DNA from: a virus
Lineage: Duplodnaviria > Caudoviricetes
Reading direction: 5' to 3' (one strand)
Length of the DNA: 38,502 nucleotides
Virus record (IMG/VR): IMGVR_UViG_3300022777_000105
Span: 1 to 38,502 of that record
The position numbers and the translations under genes are program-made. Below, piece after piece: positions 17,595-25,517 of the stretch (position 1 is the stretch's first letter; each line of letters begins with the position of its first letter). Under the pieces are notes generated by a model. That model saw nothing but the letters and a program-made list of their open reading frames with translations. It was not told where the DNA came from and made no database searches.

Positions 17595-18192
17595 GTGGAC
17601 CGTCGTGGGCGAGAAGCCGACCGGCGAGACGGTCGAACAGACGGCCGGCTCCCGAGCCGAGGCCGAAGAAATGCAGGCCAACGCCGAAGGCGTGGGGCTG
17701 ACCGACGTCGAGATCATCCCGCCGAGTGAGACCGACGGCGGCAACCCCACGGCGGACGTGGTCGAAGTGGACGAGGTCGAGACGCCTGCAGATGCCGCCG
17801 ACGCAGCCGAGGCCCAGCTCGACGAGCGGTCGGTCGCCGAGGATCCCCTGAACTGGGTCCCCGGCGAGTTCGTCGACGAGATCGACGGGACGCAGGCGAT
17901 CAACCGCAAGGGGTTCGAGGTCCTGTCGCACTTCTACGACGTCGACATCGAAACGGAGATCGTGGTGCCGCCGGAGGAGACCGGCCACGAGTACTGCCGG
18001 GCGACCGCCACGGCGACCACGCCGGACGGGCGGGAGTGCGTGGCCCACGGCTCGGCCCACGTTGACCGTGACGACGACTCGTTCCTGCTGCTGGAGATGG
18101 CTGACACGCGCGCCCGGAAGCGGGCGTTGAGTATCGCCACGGGCGTTGGTGCTGTGGCTGTCGAAGAGCTAAAGAATGAGGTGGGTAACTGA
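17587..18192 (+). CDS. putative Rad52/Erf-like single-strand annealing protein
   Basis: INRKGFEVL, beta strands CRATATATTPDGRECVAHGSAH, helix EMADTRARKRALS. Confidence 0.55.
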   Translation: MSEWTVVGEKPTGETVEQTAGSRAEAEEMQANAEGVGLTDVEIIPPSETDGGNPTADVVEVDEVETPADAADAAEAQLDERSVAEDPLNWVPGEFVDEIDGTQAINRKGFEVLSHFYDVDIETEIVVPPEETGHEYCRATATATTPDGRECVAHGSAHVDRDDDSFLLLEMADTRARKRALSIATGVGAVAVEELKNEVGN

Positions 18193-18449
18193 TGTCCGAA
18201 GTCGTCGCGCTCTCGCAGTACTACGACGCCGCCGAGACGTTCGAGCAGCTCCCCGGCGTCCGCGCGGTGGACGTCATCGACGACGACCCGCGGCTTGACC
18301 GCCCGTGCATCGAACTCGTGATCGGACCCGCCTTCGAGCGGGTGCCCCCTCGGGTGCATGGCGTGATCCGCGACCACGACATGGGGACGCGGCCGGACCT
18401 CTCGGGTGCCCAGGGCCGGCCCCGCCACTGGATCTTGGTGGTGGTCTGA
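18192..18449 (+). CDS. hypothetical protein
   Basis: 85 aa, coupled to upstream gene. Confidence 0.55.
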   Translation: MSEVVALSQYYDAAETFEQLPGVRAVDVIDDDPRLDRPCIELVIGPAFERVPPRVHGVIRDHDMGTRPDLSGAQGRPRHWILVVV

Positions 18450-18494
18450 TGCCTGGCGCTGGCAAGCGCGGGAATGATACGACTGGCGATGGGA

Positions 18495-18524
18495 GTGGTC
18501 AGTATGAGTGACGGTACTGACCAC
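18495..18524 (+). repeat. cassette 2 L-type site, perfect 10-bp inverted repeat
   Basis: GTGGTCAGTA-TGAGTGACGG-TACTGACCAC. Confidence 0.75.
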
Positions 18525-18555
18525 ATCTCAGAAAGTTGTGTTGTGGGTGAATATG

Positions 18556-18570
18556 GGAAAGATTTAAGTG
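18556..18570 (+). promoter_or_regulatory. BRE/TATA promoter for leaderless 18593 gene
   Basis: GGAAAGATTTAAGTG about 25 bp upstream of the ATG. Confidence 0.6.
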
Positions 18571-18592
18571 AGTATGGGTACAAGTGTGTAGT

Positions 18593-18949
18593 ATGGCACA
18601 GAACACTGCCATCGAGACGGAATCGGGAAGCCCAATTGAGAGCGGTATTGATCGGACGTGGGACCACTACGCCTACGCCGATGACGGCGAGTACGCGATG
18701 GTCGTCGGCGTCGGCCGCGCGGAGGACCGCGACATGGAGGACGGCCTTGAAAACGGCTGGGCCGTCGAGTACGCCGTTTACGTCTGCGAGGCGAGCCTTG
18801 TCGACAAGCTCAAAGGTCCGTCGACGCGCCGGTTCGAGCCGCGGCCGAACAACCTCACGGACGCCGCGAAGCAGATCCTCGAACAGCTCGCCGAGGAGGA
18901 CGGCCGCGACCCCATCGAGGCGGCAGAGGACTACTGGAGCAACGAATGA
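18593..18949 (+). CDS. hypothetical protein (cassette 2, gene 1)
   Basis: MAQNTAIETE..., 118 aa, acidic. Confidence 0.65.
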   Translation: MAQNTAIETESGSPIESGIDRTWDHYAYADDGEYAMVVGVGRAEDRDMEDGLENGWAVEYAVYVCEASLVDKLKGPSTRRFEPRPNNLTDAAKQILEQLAEEDGRDPIEAAEDYWSNE

Positions 18950-19074
18950 AGGTCGAAGTCAGCGCGAAGGACATCGAGGAGAAGAAAGCGGACGACCGCG
19001 GCCGCGTGACGATCGGCGCAGAGTACGCAGACAAGACCGTGACCGTCGCGGTGCTCGACGTCGAAGACGAGTAG
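18946..19074 (+). CDS. 42-aa AbrB/DUF2080-like DNA-binding protein (cassette 2, gene 2)
   Basis: MKVEVSAKDIEEKKADDRGRVTIGAEYADKTVTVAVL; followed by TCTTTT. Confidence 0.65.
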   Translation: MKVEVSAKDIEEKKADDRGRVTIGAEYADKTVTVAVLDVEDE

Positions 19075-19095
19075 CTGTCTTTTCGCCGCTCAATC

Positions 19096-19120
19096 GTTCA
19101 CTACAAACGGATACTGACCA
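19096..19120 (+). repeat. cassette 2 R-type site
   Basis: GTTCACTA-CAAACGGA-TACTGACCA; the right arm TACTGACCA is identical to that of the L site. Confidence 0.7.
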
Positions 19121-19131
19121 GGGGCCCACCG

Positions 19132-19341
19132 ATGAGTAACGGCCACGCAGAGACGGGCGTCCGCAGCGCCGTCGACCCCGACGTCCACGCACTCATCGTC
19201 CAGCGGCCGGACAACCAGCCCGACTATCTCGCCTGCCCGACGGAGGAGTGTGCCGCGTACGTGAAGATCGACGCCGACCCGTCGACGCCGGGCTGGACCG
19301 AGCTGGATCACGATCCCGACTGTCCCTACCGGACGGACTAA
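19132..19341 (+). CDS. small Cys/His protein
   Basis: CPTEEC...HDPDC, 69 aa. Confidence 0.6.
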   Translation: MSNGHAETGVRSAVDPDVHALIVQRPDNQPDYLACPTEECAAYVKIDADPSTPGWTELDHDPDCPYRTD

Positions 19342-19474
19342 CTCTTTTGCGGCCCCGTCGTCGCTGGCTGGCACGAACCCGGCAACCCGGAAGCACCCCA
19401 GCCAGACTCAAACCACACCCACTGCATACTGACGAGTATGCGACACGACCCCAGGCGCACGATAGTCCACTCAG

Positions 19475-19657
19475 TCAGCCATCGGCGTCGCCAGCCTGAC
19501 CAACATCCTCGTGAAACGGCGTCTTGGTTTTCCGATTGCAGCGCGGACACGTCGCGTTCCACAACTCGCCTGAGTACATCCAGACGTACCCGCAGTTCTG
19601 ACATTCTACCTCGGTGTCATCATCTCCATCGGCGTCTGAGTTGCACGTCACACTCAT
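19475..19657 (-). CDS. CxxC-W-Y-CPxC zinc-finger microprotein (leftward)
   Basis: VECQNCGYVWMYSGELWNATCPRCNRKT. Confidence 0.7.
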   Translation of the reverse strand: MSVTCNSDADGDDDTEVECQNCGYVWMYSGELWNATCPRCNRKTKTPFHEDVGQAGDADG

Positions 19658-19778
19658 ATAAACTACTACTACGACCAGTGATTAAAGCATTGGGTCGCGC
19701 TGAACAGAACTTTTATAGTGGTGGTGGTAGTGGTATGCAAATGTGGGACTTGGTAGTAGTAGTAACAGAGACCACGAC
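19658..19778. promoter_or_regulatory. divergent promoters with GTA/GTG triplet operators
   Basis: ATTAAA 19681-19686 (leftward TATA), TTTTATA 19711-19717 (rightward); ACTACTACTAC 19662-19672, GTAGTAGTAGT 19753-19763, TAGTGGTGGTGGTAGTGGTA 19716-19735. Confidence 0.65.
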
Positions 19779-19919
19779 ATGACAGACGTTACCTGCACCC
19801 ACTGCGACTATCGGTGGGAGTACGGCGGCGACCTCCAGTACGCGACCTGTCCGAGCTGTCGCAGCAAGACCGCAGTGGACAGGGGCGACGGTTCGTCAGA
19901 GGTACCGGCAGAGAACTAA
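19779..19919 (+). CDS. CxxC-W-Y-CPxC zinc-finger microprotein (rightward paralogue)
   Basis: MTDVTCTHCDYRWEYGGDLQYATCPSCRSKTAV..., 46 aa; not in ORF track. Confidence 0.7.
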   Translation: MTDVTCTHCDYRWEYGGDLQYATCPSCRSKTAVDRGDGSSEVPAEN

Positions 19920-19920
19920 G

Positions 19921-19976
19921 CCACTGTCGCGCGGGATCGTGCAAGGCCCAACCTGTCCGATCCCGCGCGGTGGTGG
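19921..19976 (+). other. strong GC hairpin
   Basis: CGCGCGGGATCG 19928-19939 pairs perfectly with CGATCCCGCGCG 19958-19969. Confidence 0.7.
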
Positions 19977-19993
19977 ATCCACGACCACACCGA

Positions 19994-21322
19994 ATGATGT
20001 CAAATCGTGAATCCGGCGGCGACTACAACGCCGCCAGTGAAAGGCGTATCGACAACGAAGATGAGAGTCCGCCAGCAGAGCCCGACGAGACCAGCGGGTC
20101 TGCTGCGTCCGACAAGACGGTCGCCGGCCTTACCTCTCTTTGGGAGACCGACGCCCCGCAGGCACAGCGGGTCCTCCGGCATCTCCTCAAAGAGACCACC
20201 GAGACGACGTTCTACAAGTCCGCGGACGTCGCCGAGGAGCTGGACATCACCACCAAGCAGGCCGCCCACGCGCTGCGGGCGATCGCCGATGCCGACACCC
20301 GGCACATCTCGGTCGAGCAGTGGACCAACACAACGACGCCGACGACCTGGCGCGTGACGCTGCCCGACCCCGGCAGCCCGGAGCGCCGCCTGACCGAGGC
20401 CGCCAAGCAGCTCACGCTGGCGAGCGCGGACATCGACGACGCCGAGGCGGTGGCCGAACTCGCGGGCGCGCTCGGCGCGATCGAGCGTGCGGAGAGCGCA
20501 CTGGCGGATGAGGAGGTGGTCACCGACGGCGGCTGGGAAGACGTCGGCACGCTGCCACCGGAGAAAGAGCCGGAGTATGTCGGCGCGCACAGTGGCGCCG
20601 AGAGTGTTGAGTGTCGCAACTGGCTTGAGCCCAACGCCGACGGGCAGTGTGGCGCTCCGGCCACCCACACCGTCGTCATGTACCACGGCGAACTCAGCGA
20701 GATTCCGATGTGTAACGGCTGTGGCGAGCCCGAGGATGTCGACGCCTGGGACCGGGAGTGGTCCGCCGAGGAACCCGATGCTGTCACCGACGGCGGCGAG
20801 CAGTTTTACGTCGTCGACGAGGATCGCCGTCGGATCGTCGCCGGCCCGTTCCCCGACCGCGTCACAGCACAGGCCGACGAGCGAGCGCGCCAGCCCGCCC
20901 ACATCGTCGTCTCCGGTCGGGCGCTGGACCTCGCCCGGCAGGACGGCCCGATCCGCGACGAGACAGGCGACGTCGACGTGGTGACCGACGGCGGGACGAT
21001 CCCGGTCTGTCCGGCGTGCGATCGGACCAACATCTGCCCGTCGGCCCGCAGCCAGGGCTGGTACTGCAAGGACTGCAAGGAGACATTCACCGACCCACCG
21101 CGGCGCGAGAGTCGCCAGGAAACCGGGCTGCCGAGTGCCGAGGCCCAGGCGCTCGACGACATGGACCCCGAGGAGTTCGATGAGCTGCTGACCGATGGTG
21201 GGCAGATCGTCACGGTCAAAACCGCCGGCGACGACTTCGCGCGGTGCATAACGTGTGGTGCCACTGGGGAGACGCCCGACACCGTCGACCACCACGACAG
21301 CTGCTCAGGGGGCGAGGACTGA
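19994..21322 (+). CDS. modular wHTH/zinc-finger protein with TDGG linkers (442 aa)
   Basis: N-terminal wHTH (FYKSADVAEELDITTKQAAHALRAI...TWRV), three Cys modules and four TDGG motifs. Confidence 0.7.
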   Translation: MMSNRESGGDYNAASERRIDNEDESPPAEPDETSGSAASDKTVAGLTSLWETDAPQAQRVLRHLLKETTETTFYKSADVAEELDITTKQAAHALRAIADADTRHISVEQWTNTTTPTTWRVTLPDPGSPERRLTEAAKQLTLASADIDDAEAVAELAGALGAIERAESALADEEVVTDGGWEDVGTLPPEKEPEYVGAHSGAESVECRNWLEPNADGQCGAPATHTVVMYHGELSEIPMCNGCGEPEDVDAWDREWSAEEPDAVTDGGEQFYVVDEDRRRIVAGPFPDRVTAQADERARQPAHIVVSGRALDLARQDGPIRDETGDVDVVTDGGTIPVCPACDRTNICPSARSQGWYCKDCKETFTDPPRRESRQETGLPSAEAQALDDMDPEEFDELLTDGGQIVTVKTAGDDFARCITCGATGETPDTVDHHDSCSGGED

Positions 21323-21444
21323 TGCCGGGCACTTGCCAGGAGTGTCAGTCTCCGTGTCGCGGCGGGCTGTGCAAGCAGTGCGAACTGGAGTTGGCCCACG
21401 GGACGCCCGAGATGCCCGACAGTGCGAGGGATGCCGATGACTGA
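21322..21444 (+). CDS. 40-aa zinc-finger microprotein
   Basis: CQECQSPCRGGLCKQC. Confidence 0.55.
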   Translation: MPGTCQECQSPCRGGLCKQCELELAHGTPEMPDSARDADD

Positions 21445-21604
21445 CAGACTCGTTGCGTGTGACGACTGCGGCGCTGTTTTCGTCCGCAGGAACGTTCCGA
21501 CAGCAGCGTGTCCGACGTGTGAACGGACAACAAAAGACCGCAAGCAGGTTCCCAAGCTCGGGTGGGTGCGAAAGTGGTGGTCGGAGGTGAGTGCCCGTGC
21601 CTGA
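21437..21604 (+). CDS. 55-aa zinc-finger microprotein
   Basis: CDDCG...CPTC. Confidence 0.55.
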   Translation: MTDRLVACDDCGAVFVRRNVPTAACPTCERTTKDRKQVPKLGWVRKWWSEVSARA

Positions 21605-21767
21605 GTGCGACTGCGGCACCGAGATCACCACCAAGAACGCGGCGGGCCACTACCGCGACCGCTGTGCCGAGTGCATCGACGACGCCGCGCCTGATGTCGG
21701 CCGCGAACGCCGGGATCCTGCAACGTGGCTCGCCGAGGAGGACGCGCCCGAGGGGTGGTCAGAGTGA
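21597..21767 (+). CDS. 56-aa zinc-finger microprotein
   Basis: GTG start; ECDCG...RCAEC; GTGA-coupled to next gene. Confidence 0.5.
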   Translation: MPECDCGTEITTKNAAGHYRDRCAECIDDAAPDVGRERRDPATWLAEEDAPEGWSE

Positions 21768-22300
21768 GCGACGACGCCAGCGTCGACGACGGCCTGCTCG
21801 ACGACCTGCAGACGGAGTTTCGCGAACGCCACCACAAGCGCCGCCACCGCGACGACTACGACCAGGCCGACCAGGCGATCACCAGCGGCGAACTCGCGGA
21901 CACGTACGGTATCGAAGACGCCGAGGGCAACCCAAAGACCCGCGAGGCGATCAAGATCCTCAAACGCGAGCGCGGGCTGCCGATCGTCGGGCAGAACAAC
22001 GGCTACTACATCCCGGTGACGGGCGGCCCGATCGAGGACTACATCGAACGCCTCGAAGGTCGGATCCAGGGCATCCGCGAGAACCAGGACCTGATGCGGC
22101 AGAACTGGCAGTCGTGGCAACAGCGCGAGCGCGCCTACAGCGCCGGCGCGGCCGACGTCGAGGCGACGGTCGTGGATCACAGTGCCGAGTGCGACGGCGG
22201 TGATCGGGAGCTGACCGACGCGGAGCGCGAGCGCGTCGAGAACGATCCCGTCCTGACCGTGGAGGACGTCCTCCAGCGCCGCGGAGGGGGGTCGGCATGA
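21764..22300 (+). CDS. winged-HTH protein with coiled coil
   Basis: ITSGELADTYGI...TREAIKILKRERGLPIVGQNNGYYI. Confidence 0.6.
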   Translation: MSDDASVDDGLLDDLQTEFRERHHKRRHRDDYDQADQAITSGELADTYGIEDAEGNPKTREAIKILKRERGLPIVGQNNGYYIPVTGGPIEDYIERLEGRIQGIRENQDLMRQNWQSWQQRERAYSAGAADVEATVVDHSAECDGGDRELTDAERERVENDPVLTVEDVLQRRGGGSA

Positions 22301-22584
22301 GCGGGCAGTCCACAGACGGTACCGAGCGATTTGAGTATCTCGTCATTGCCGACTGCGGACACTGCGGTCAGGAACTCAAGTACGTTGAGGAGTTCGACGA
22401 ACCCGCCCCACTTGACTACGGCGTCGAAATAAAGTGGGGTCGCTGTCCGTACTGCCAAGGGCCTATGGCCCCCGCTTGGTGGGATGTGAAATCGGAGTAC
22501 GAAATCGAGCGTGTGAAACCCACTCAAGAGCGGTCACTACAACCGGGAACTGACCGATCTGGAGGGGCCGACGATGCAGCGTGA
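22297..22584 (+). CDS. cassette-borne zinc-finger protein (cassette 3)
   Basis: MSGQSTDGTER...CGHCG...CPYC...RSLQPGTDRSGG. Confidence 0.65.
   Translation: MSGQSTDGTERFEYLVIADCGHCGQELKYVEEFDEPAPLDYGVEIKWGRCPYCQGPMAPAWWDVKSEYEIERVKPTQERSLQPGTDRSGGADDAA
22303..22327 (+). repeat. cassette 3 L-type site
   Basis: GGGCAGTC-CACAGACGG-TACCGAGC. Confidence 0.6.
22531..22556 (+). repeat. cassette 3 R-type site
   Basis: CGGTCACTA-CAACCGGG-AACTGACCG. Confidence 0.7.
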
Positions 22585-22720
22585 GCGCTACCGTCGCGAC
22601 GAGGCCCGCGCCGCCCGCCGCCACGGCCAGCGCGTCGATCAGGGCGCGTGCCCCCACCGGAGTCCCGGCGACCTCCCCTGCTCGCTCGACTGCTTCGCGG
22701 GGGGTGAGTCCCATGCCTGA
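22574..22720 (+). CDS. 48-aa Cys-containing microprotein
   Basis: MQRERYRR...CPHR...PCSLDC; GGAGG upstream. Confidence 0.45.
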   Translation: MQRERYRRDEARAARRHGQRVDQGACPHRSPGDLPCSLDCFAGGESHA

Positions 22721-22820
22721 GCTGACGCCCGCCCGCGTCGGCATCGCCACGCTCACACTCGGGCTGCTCGGCGGGCTCGGTCTCGCAACGCTGGTCATGA
22801 TGGGGGTGTGTCTGCCATGA
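22713..22820 (+). CDS. 35-aa single-TM peptide
   Basis: MPELTPARVGIATLTLGLLGGLGLATLVMMGVCLP. Confidence 0.5.
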   Translation: MPELTPARVGIATLTLGLLGGLGLATLVMMGVCLP

Positions 22821-22951
22821 GCACGCTCGACACAGACCCCGAAGACCTGACCGATGACGAACTGCTCGAACGGCTTGCCGCAGAAGATCCCGAGGAGATT
22901 CCGCTGGCGACCCACTGCCAGCGCGTTATTCAGGAGGGTGACGAATCATGA
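22817..22951 (+). CDS. 44-aa acidic microprotein
   Basis: MSTLDTDPEDLTDDELLERLAAE...; converges on the integrase 3' end. Confidence 0.45.
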   Translation: MSTLDTDPEDLTDDELLERLAAEDPEEIPLATHCQRVIQEGDES

Positions 22952-24195
22952 TTGTCGTCGAGGAACCGCTCACGGAACTCGGCGTCCGATTTGAACCGGC
23001 GGCGGAACTCGGCGACGAGGTCCTCGTTGGTGATGTCGGCGTTGGTGGCGGACTCGAAGGTATCGTCTTCGATCTCGTCGACGCGGTCGGCGGCCTGCTG
23101 GCTGAGTGGGGCTGCACAGCCAGGGCAGAACCGCGCGCCGTCACGCAGCGGCGTCCGACACTGGTTGCACTGGGTGAGTTCCGGCGACTTCTCGCCATCG
23201 TCGTCGACGATGCCGTGATCGGCGAAAATCTCGTCGTTCATCTCCTCGTCGGAGACCATCGAGTACCGCGAGAGGACGCGACTGTCCTCGACCAGCGTCG
23301 CCCGGTGTTTGATCTTCTGCTCGCTGGCGCCCTGGCGGATCCACTCGGAGATGGCCGTCCCGCGGAACAGATGCGCGTGGATGCGCTCGCTGTCGATGCC
23401 CGCCGCCTCGGCGATCTTCGTGACGCGCCGGCTGGCGTACTGCTGGCGGAGGGCGGCCGTGCTGTCGGCGTCCCAGCGCCGCGTCTTGTGAAAGAGTGCG
23501 ACGTCGTCCTCGCTGGGCCGGGGATGGACGTCGAGCCAGTTGGCGACGTGGCCCCGACTCCAGGTCAGCGGGCGCTCGCCGTGGGCGCCCTTGACGTTGG
23601 CCTCCTCGTTGATCGTGATGGTGGCCTTCGGCGGCTCCAGGTCGATATCGCCGACGCACAGCGAGAGGACGGCGCCGATCCGGAGGCCGGTATCCCGGAG
23701 GACGGCGATCATCGCCTTGTCGCGGGCGGCCGCATCGAACTCCGCACAGGCCGCAAGCATGGCGTCCAGCTCCGCCTCGGTGATCTCGTCGGCGGGGTCG
23801 TGCTTGTTCTGGATCGGCGCACCGATGGTGATGTCCTCGGCGAAGGGGGAGTTCTGCCAGTCGAAGAACTTCTTGATGCCCTTCTTGTAGCCGCGGATGG
23901 TCGACTCGGCGAGGCCGTGCTCGTCTTCGAGCAGCAGTTCCAGAGCGTTGACGTCGTCGATGGTCTCGAACTCGGTGAGGGGCATCGTGGAGCGTTCGGC
24001 ACACAGTCGGATGCGGTTGAGGTGGCCGACGATCGTCCCCAGCGACTCGATATCCGCGTCGTTGGTCCGGAGGTAGGCGATCCACCGTTTGATGGCCGTG
24101 CGGTCGGCCTCGGTCAGGCCGTCGCTGTCTTCGAGGAGTTGCTTCTGGTTGTCGAACTTCGTGGCGTAGCCTTGGACGTCGTTGACGTCGGCCAT
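22930..24195 (-). CDS. int: tyrosine integrase with C-terminal zinc ribbon (SNJ2-like haloarchaeal type), 421 aa
   Basis: DTGLRIGA (R), NVKG (K), HAHLFRG (HxxR), SRYS (Y), CNQC..CPGC; start placed at MADVNDV. Confidence 0.9.
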   Translation of the reverse strand: MADVNDVQGYATKFDNQKQLLEDSDGLTEADRTAIKRWIAYLRTNDADIESLGTIVGHLNRIRLCAERSTMPLTEFETIDDVNALELLLEDEHGLAESTIRGYKKGIKKFFDWQNSPFAEDITIGAPIQNKHDPADEITEAELDAMLAACAEFDAAARDKAMIAVLRDTGLRIGAVLSLCVGDIDLEPPKATITINEEANVKGAHGERPLTWSRGHVANWLDVHPRPSEDDVALFHKTRRWDADSTAALRQQYASRRVTKIAEAAGIDSERIHAHLFRGTAISEWIRQGASEQKIKHRATLVEDSRVLSRYSMVSDEEMNDEIFADHGIVDDDGEKSPELTQCNQCRTPLRDGARFCPGCAAPLSQQAADRVDEIEDDTFESATNADITNEDLVAEFRRRFKSDAEFRERFLDDNHDSSPS

Positions 24196-24425
24196 ATGCC
24201 CCAGAATGAGTGGTGGGATTATAGACTTGCTCCTCGTAACCCAGCCAGGGCTACTAATTATTCTGACATAACCCAACCCACCGAGAGTGGCCACCTTGCC
24301 GATACTTGTCGCGGTGCAACCCCTGGGGTTCGGGTGGAGACATCGGCCTCGCGCGGTGGTGGGCGTGTCGGTGATCGTGGAGTTACACCACATGACGCGA
24401 TAGGAAGTCCGGGGGTGGTGGCCGG

Positions 24426-24746
24426 ATGAGAGTGTCGCCCGTCGACGACGCGGCGATCCTGCACGCAATCGACGACGCGATCGACGCCGGCGACGTCTGC
24501 ATCAACGGGCAGCCGTCGGCACGCGACATCCGACAGCATCTGCCCCCCAGCAAGCGCCTCACGCCCCGCCGGATCTCGGATCGGCTGTCCGACCTCGAAG
24601 ACCAGGGCGAGGTCGAGTGCTCGCGCACGACGCGGATCAACGGGCATGGCGACGTCAAGACCGCGGTGCGCGTCGACGGGAGCGAGGTGGGCGACGCCCC
24701 GGCGTGGGACCGCCACTCGCTACGGAACAGGGGCGGTCAGGCATGA
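24426..24746 (+). CDS. winged-HTH protein
   Basis: PSARDIRQHL...TPRRISDRLSDLEDQGEVE. Confidence 0.6.
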   Translation: MRVSPVDDAAILHAIDDAIDAGDVCINGQPSARDIRQHLPPSKRLTPRRISDRLSDLEDQGEVECSRTTRINGHGDVKTAVRVDGSEVGDAPAWDRHSLRNRGGQA

Positions 24747-24892
24747 TCCGGCCCGACCTCGGTCGGTGCCCGGCCTGCGGGACGATCGTCCACTGCGACG
24801 GCGTCGTCGAGTGTCCGTCGCCGGCCTGTCGCTACCAGCCCGACGCCGTGCAAGCGCTGCGTGCGGCTGGCGAGGAGGTGCTGCAGTCGTGA
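24743..24892 (+). CDS. CPxCG microprotein
   Basis: MIRPDLGRCPACG...ECPSPAC. Confidence 0.55.
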   Translation: MIRPDLGRCPACGTIVHCDGVVECPSPACRYQPDAVQALRAAGEEVLQS

Positions 24893-24894
24893 GT

Positions 24895-24920
24895 GACGAG
24901 TCTGGGGGCGGGACTGAGCG
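24895..24920 (+). repeat. cassette 4 L-type site
   Basis: GACGAGTC-TGGGGGCGG-GACTGAGCG (reads ESGGGTER). Confidence 0.5.
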
Positions 24921-25001
24921 AACCCCAACCACAGGGATTAGTATAGGTCAAACCAATAGGTTTAATAGGCTGGGTCTATATTGTCTAAGTGTAGAAGGAA
25001 G

Positions 25002-25517
25002 ATGTCCCAAGAAATCACCGTCACGAAAGTCGAAGACCACTACGAAATGCAGTTCGACGGCGGCGACGCCTACCCTGTTCCGACGAACGCCATCGACAAG
25101 CTCGACGACGACCTCACGCCCGAGGAGGTCGGCGAGTCGGTCACGTTCACGGGCGACTACGGCGGTCACAAGCACGCCAAGACCTTCGACGTTGAGGAAG
25201 TCATTGAGACGCCCGGCGACGACGAAGACGACAGCGAAGGGGGGGCCGAAGACGGCACGGGCAGAGACGCAGAGCTGACTCCCGAGCATGTCGAGGAGGT
25301 TGGCTACCACACTGCCGCGGGCCAGGCCCAGCAGATCGAGGCGCAGCGGTTGTTTGACCTCGGAGAGAAGAGAGATTTCCAGCGCGACGCTTCCGAAGAG
25401 GGCTTCGATTACGTCTGCCCCCATTGCGGCGGCGACGCGAACAACTCGACGGAGAAGCCGTACTGCTCGAAGGATTGCGCCCAGACCGATCTCGCTGACG
25501 TGGAGGTTCAGCCATGA
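25002..25517 (+). CDS. hypothetical acidic protein with C-terminal CPHCG..YCSKDC (cassette 4, gene 1)
   Basis: 171 aa; upstream TTTAATAG TATA at 24961-24968. Confidence 0.65.
   Translation: MSQEITVTKVEDHYEMQFDGGDAYPVPTNAIDKLDDDLTPEEVGESVTFTGDYGGHKHAKTFDVEEVIETPGDDEDDSEGGAEDGTGRDAELTPEHVEEVGYHTAAGQAQQIEAQRLFDLGEKRDFQRDASEEGFDYVCPHCGGDANNSTEKPYCSKDCAQTDLADVEVQP

Noticed and set aside
19428-19447. Hammerhead ribozyme core (CTGACGA)
   Set aside because: The required GAAA is GACA and the motif sits in a competing hairpin
22948-24429. 493-aa plus-strand ORF
   Set aside because: Antisense shadow of the integrase
24196-24468. 91-aa N-terminal extension of the integrase in the ORF track
   Set aside because: Not acidic, overlaps the divergent gene and the likely att/promoter region; MADVND is the more plausible start
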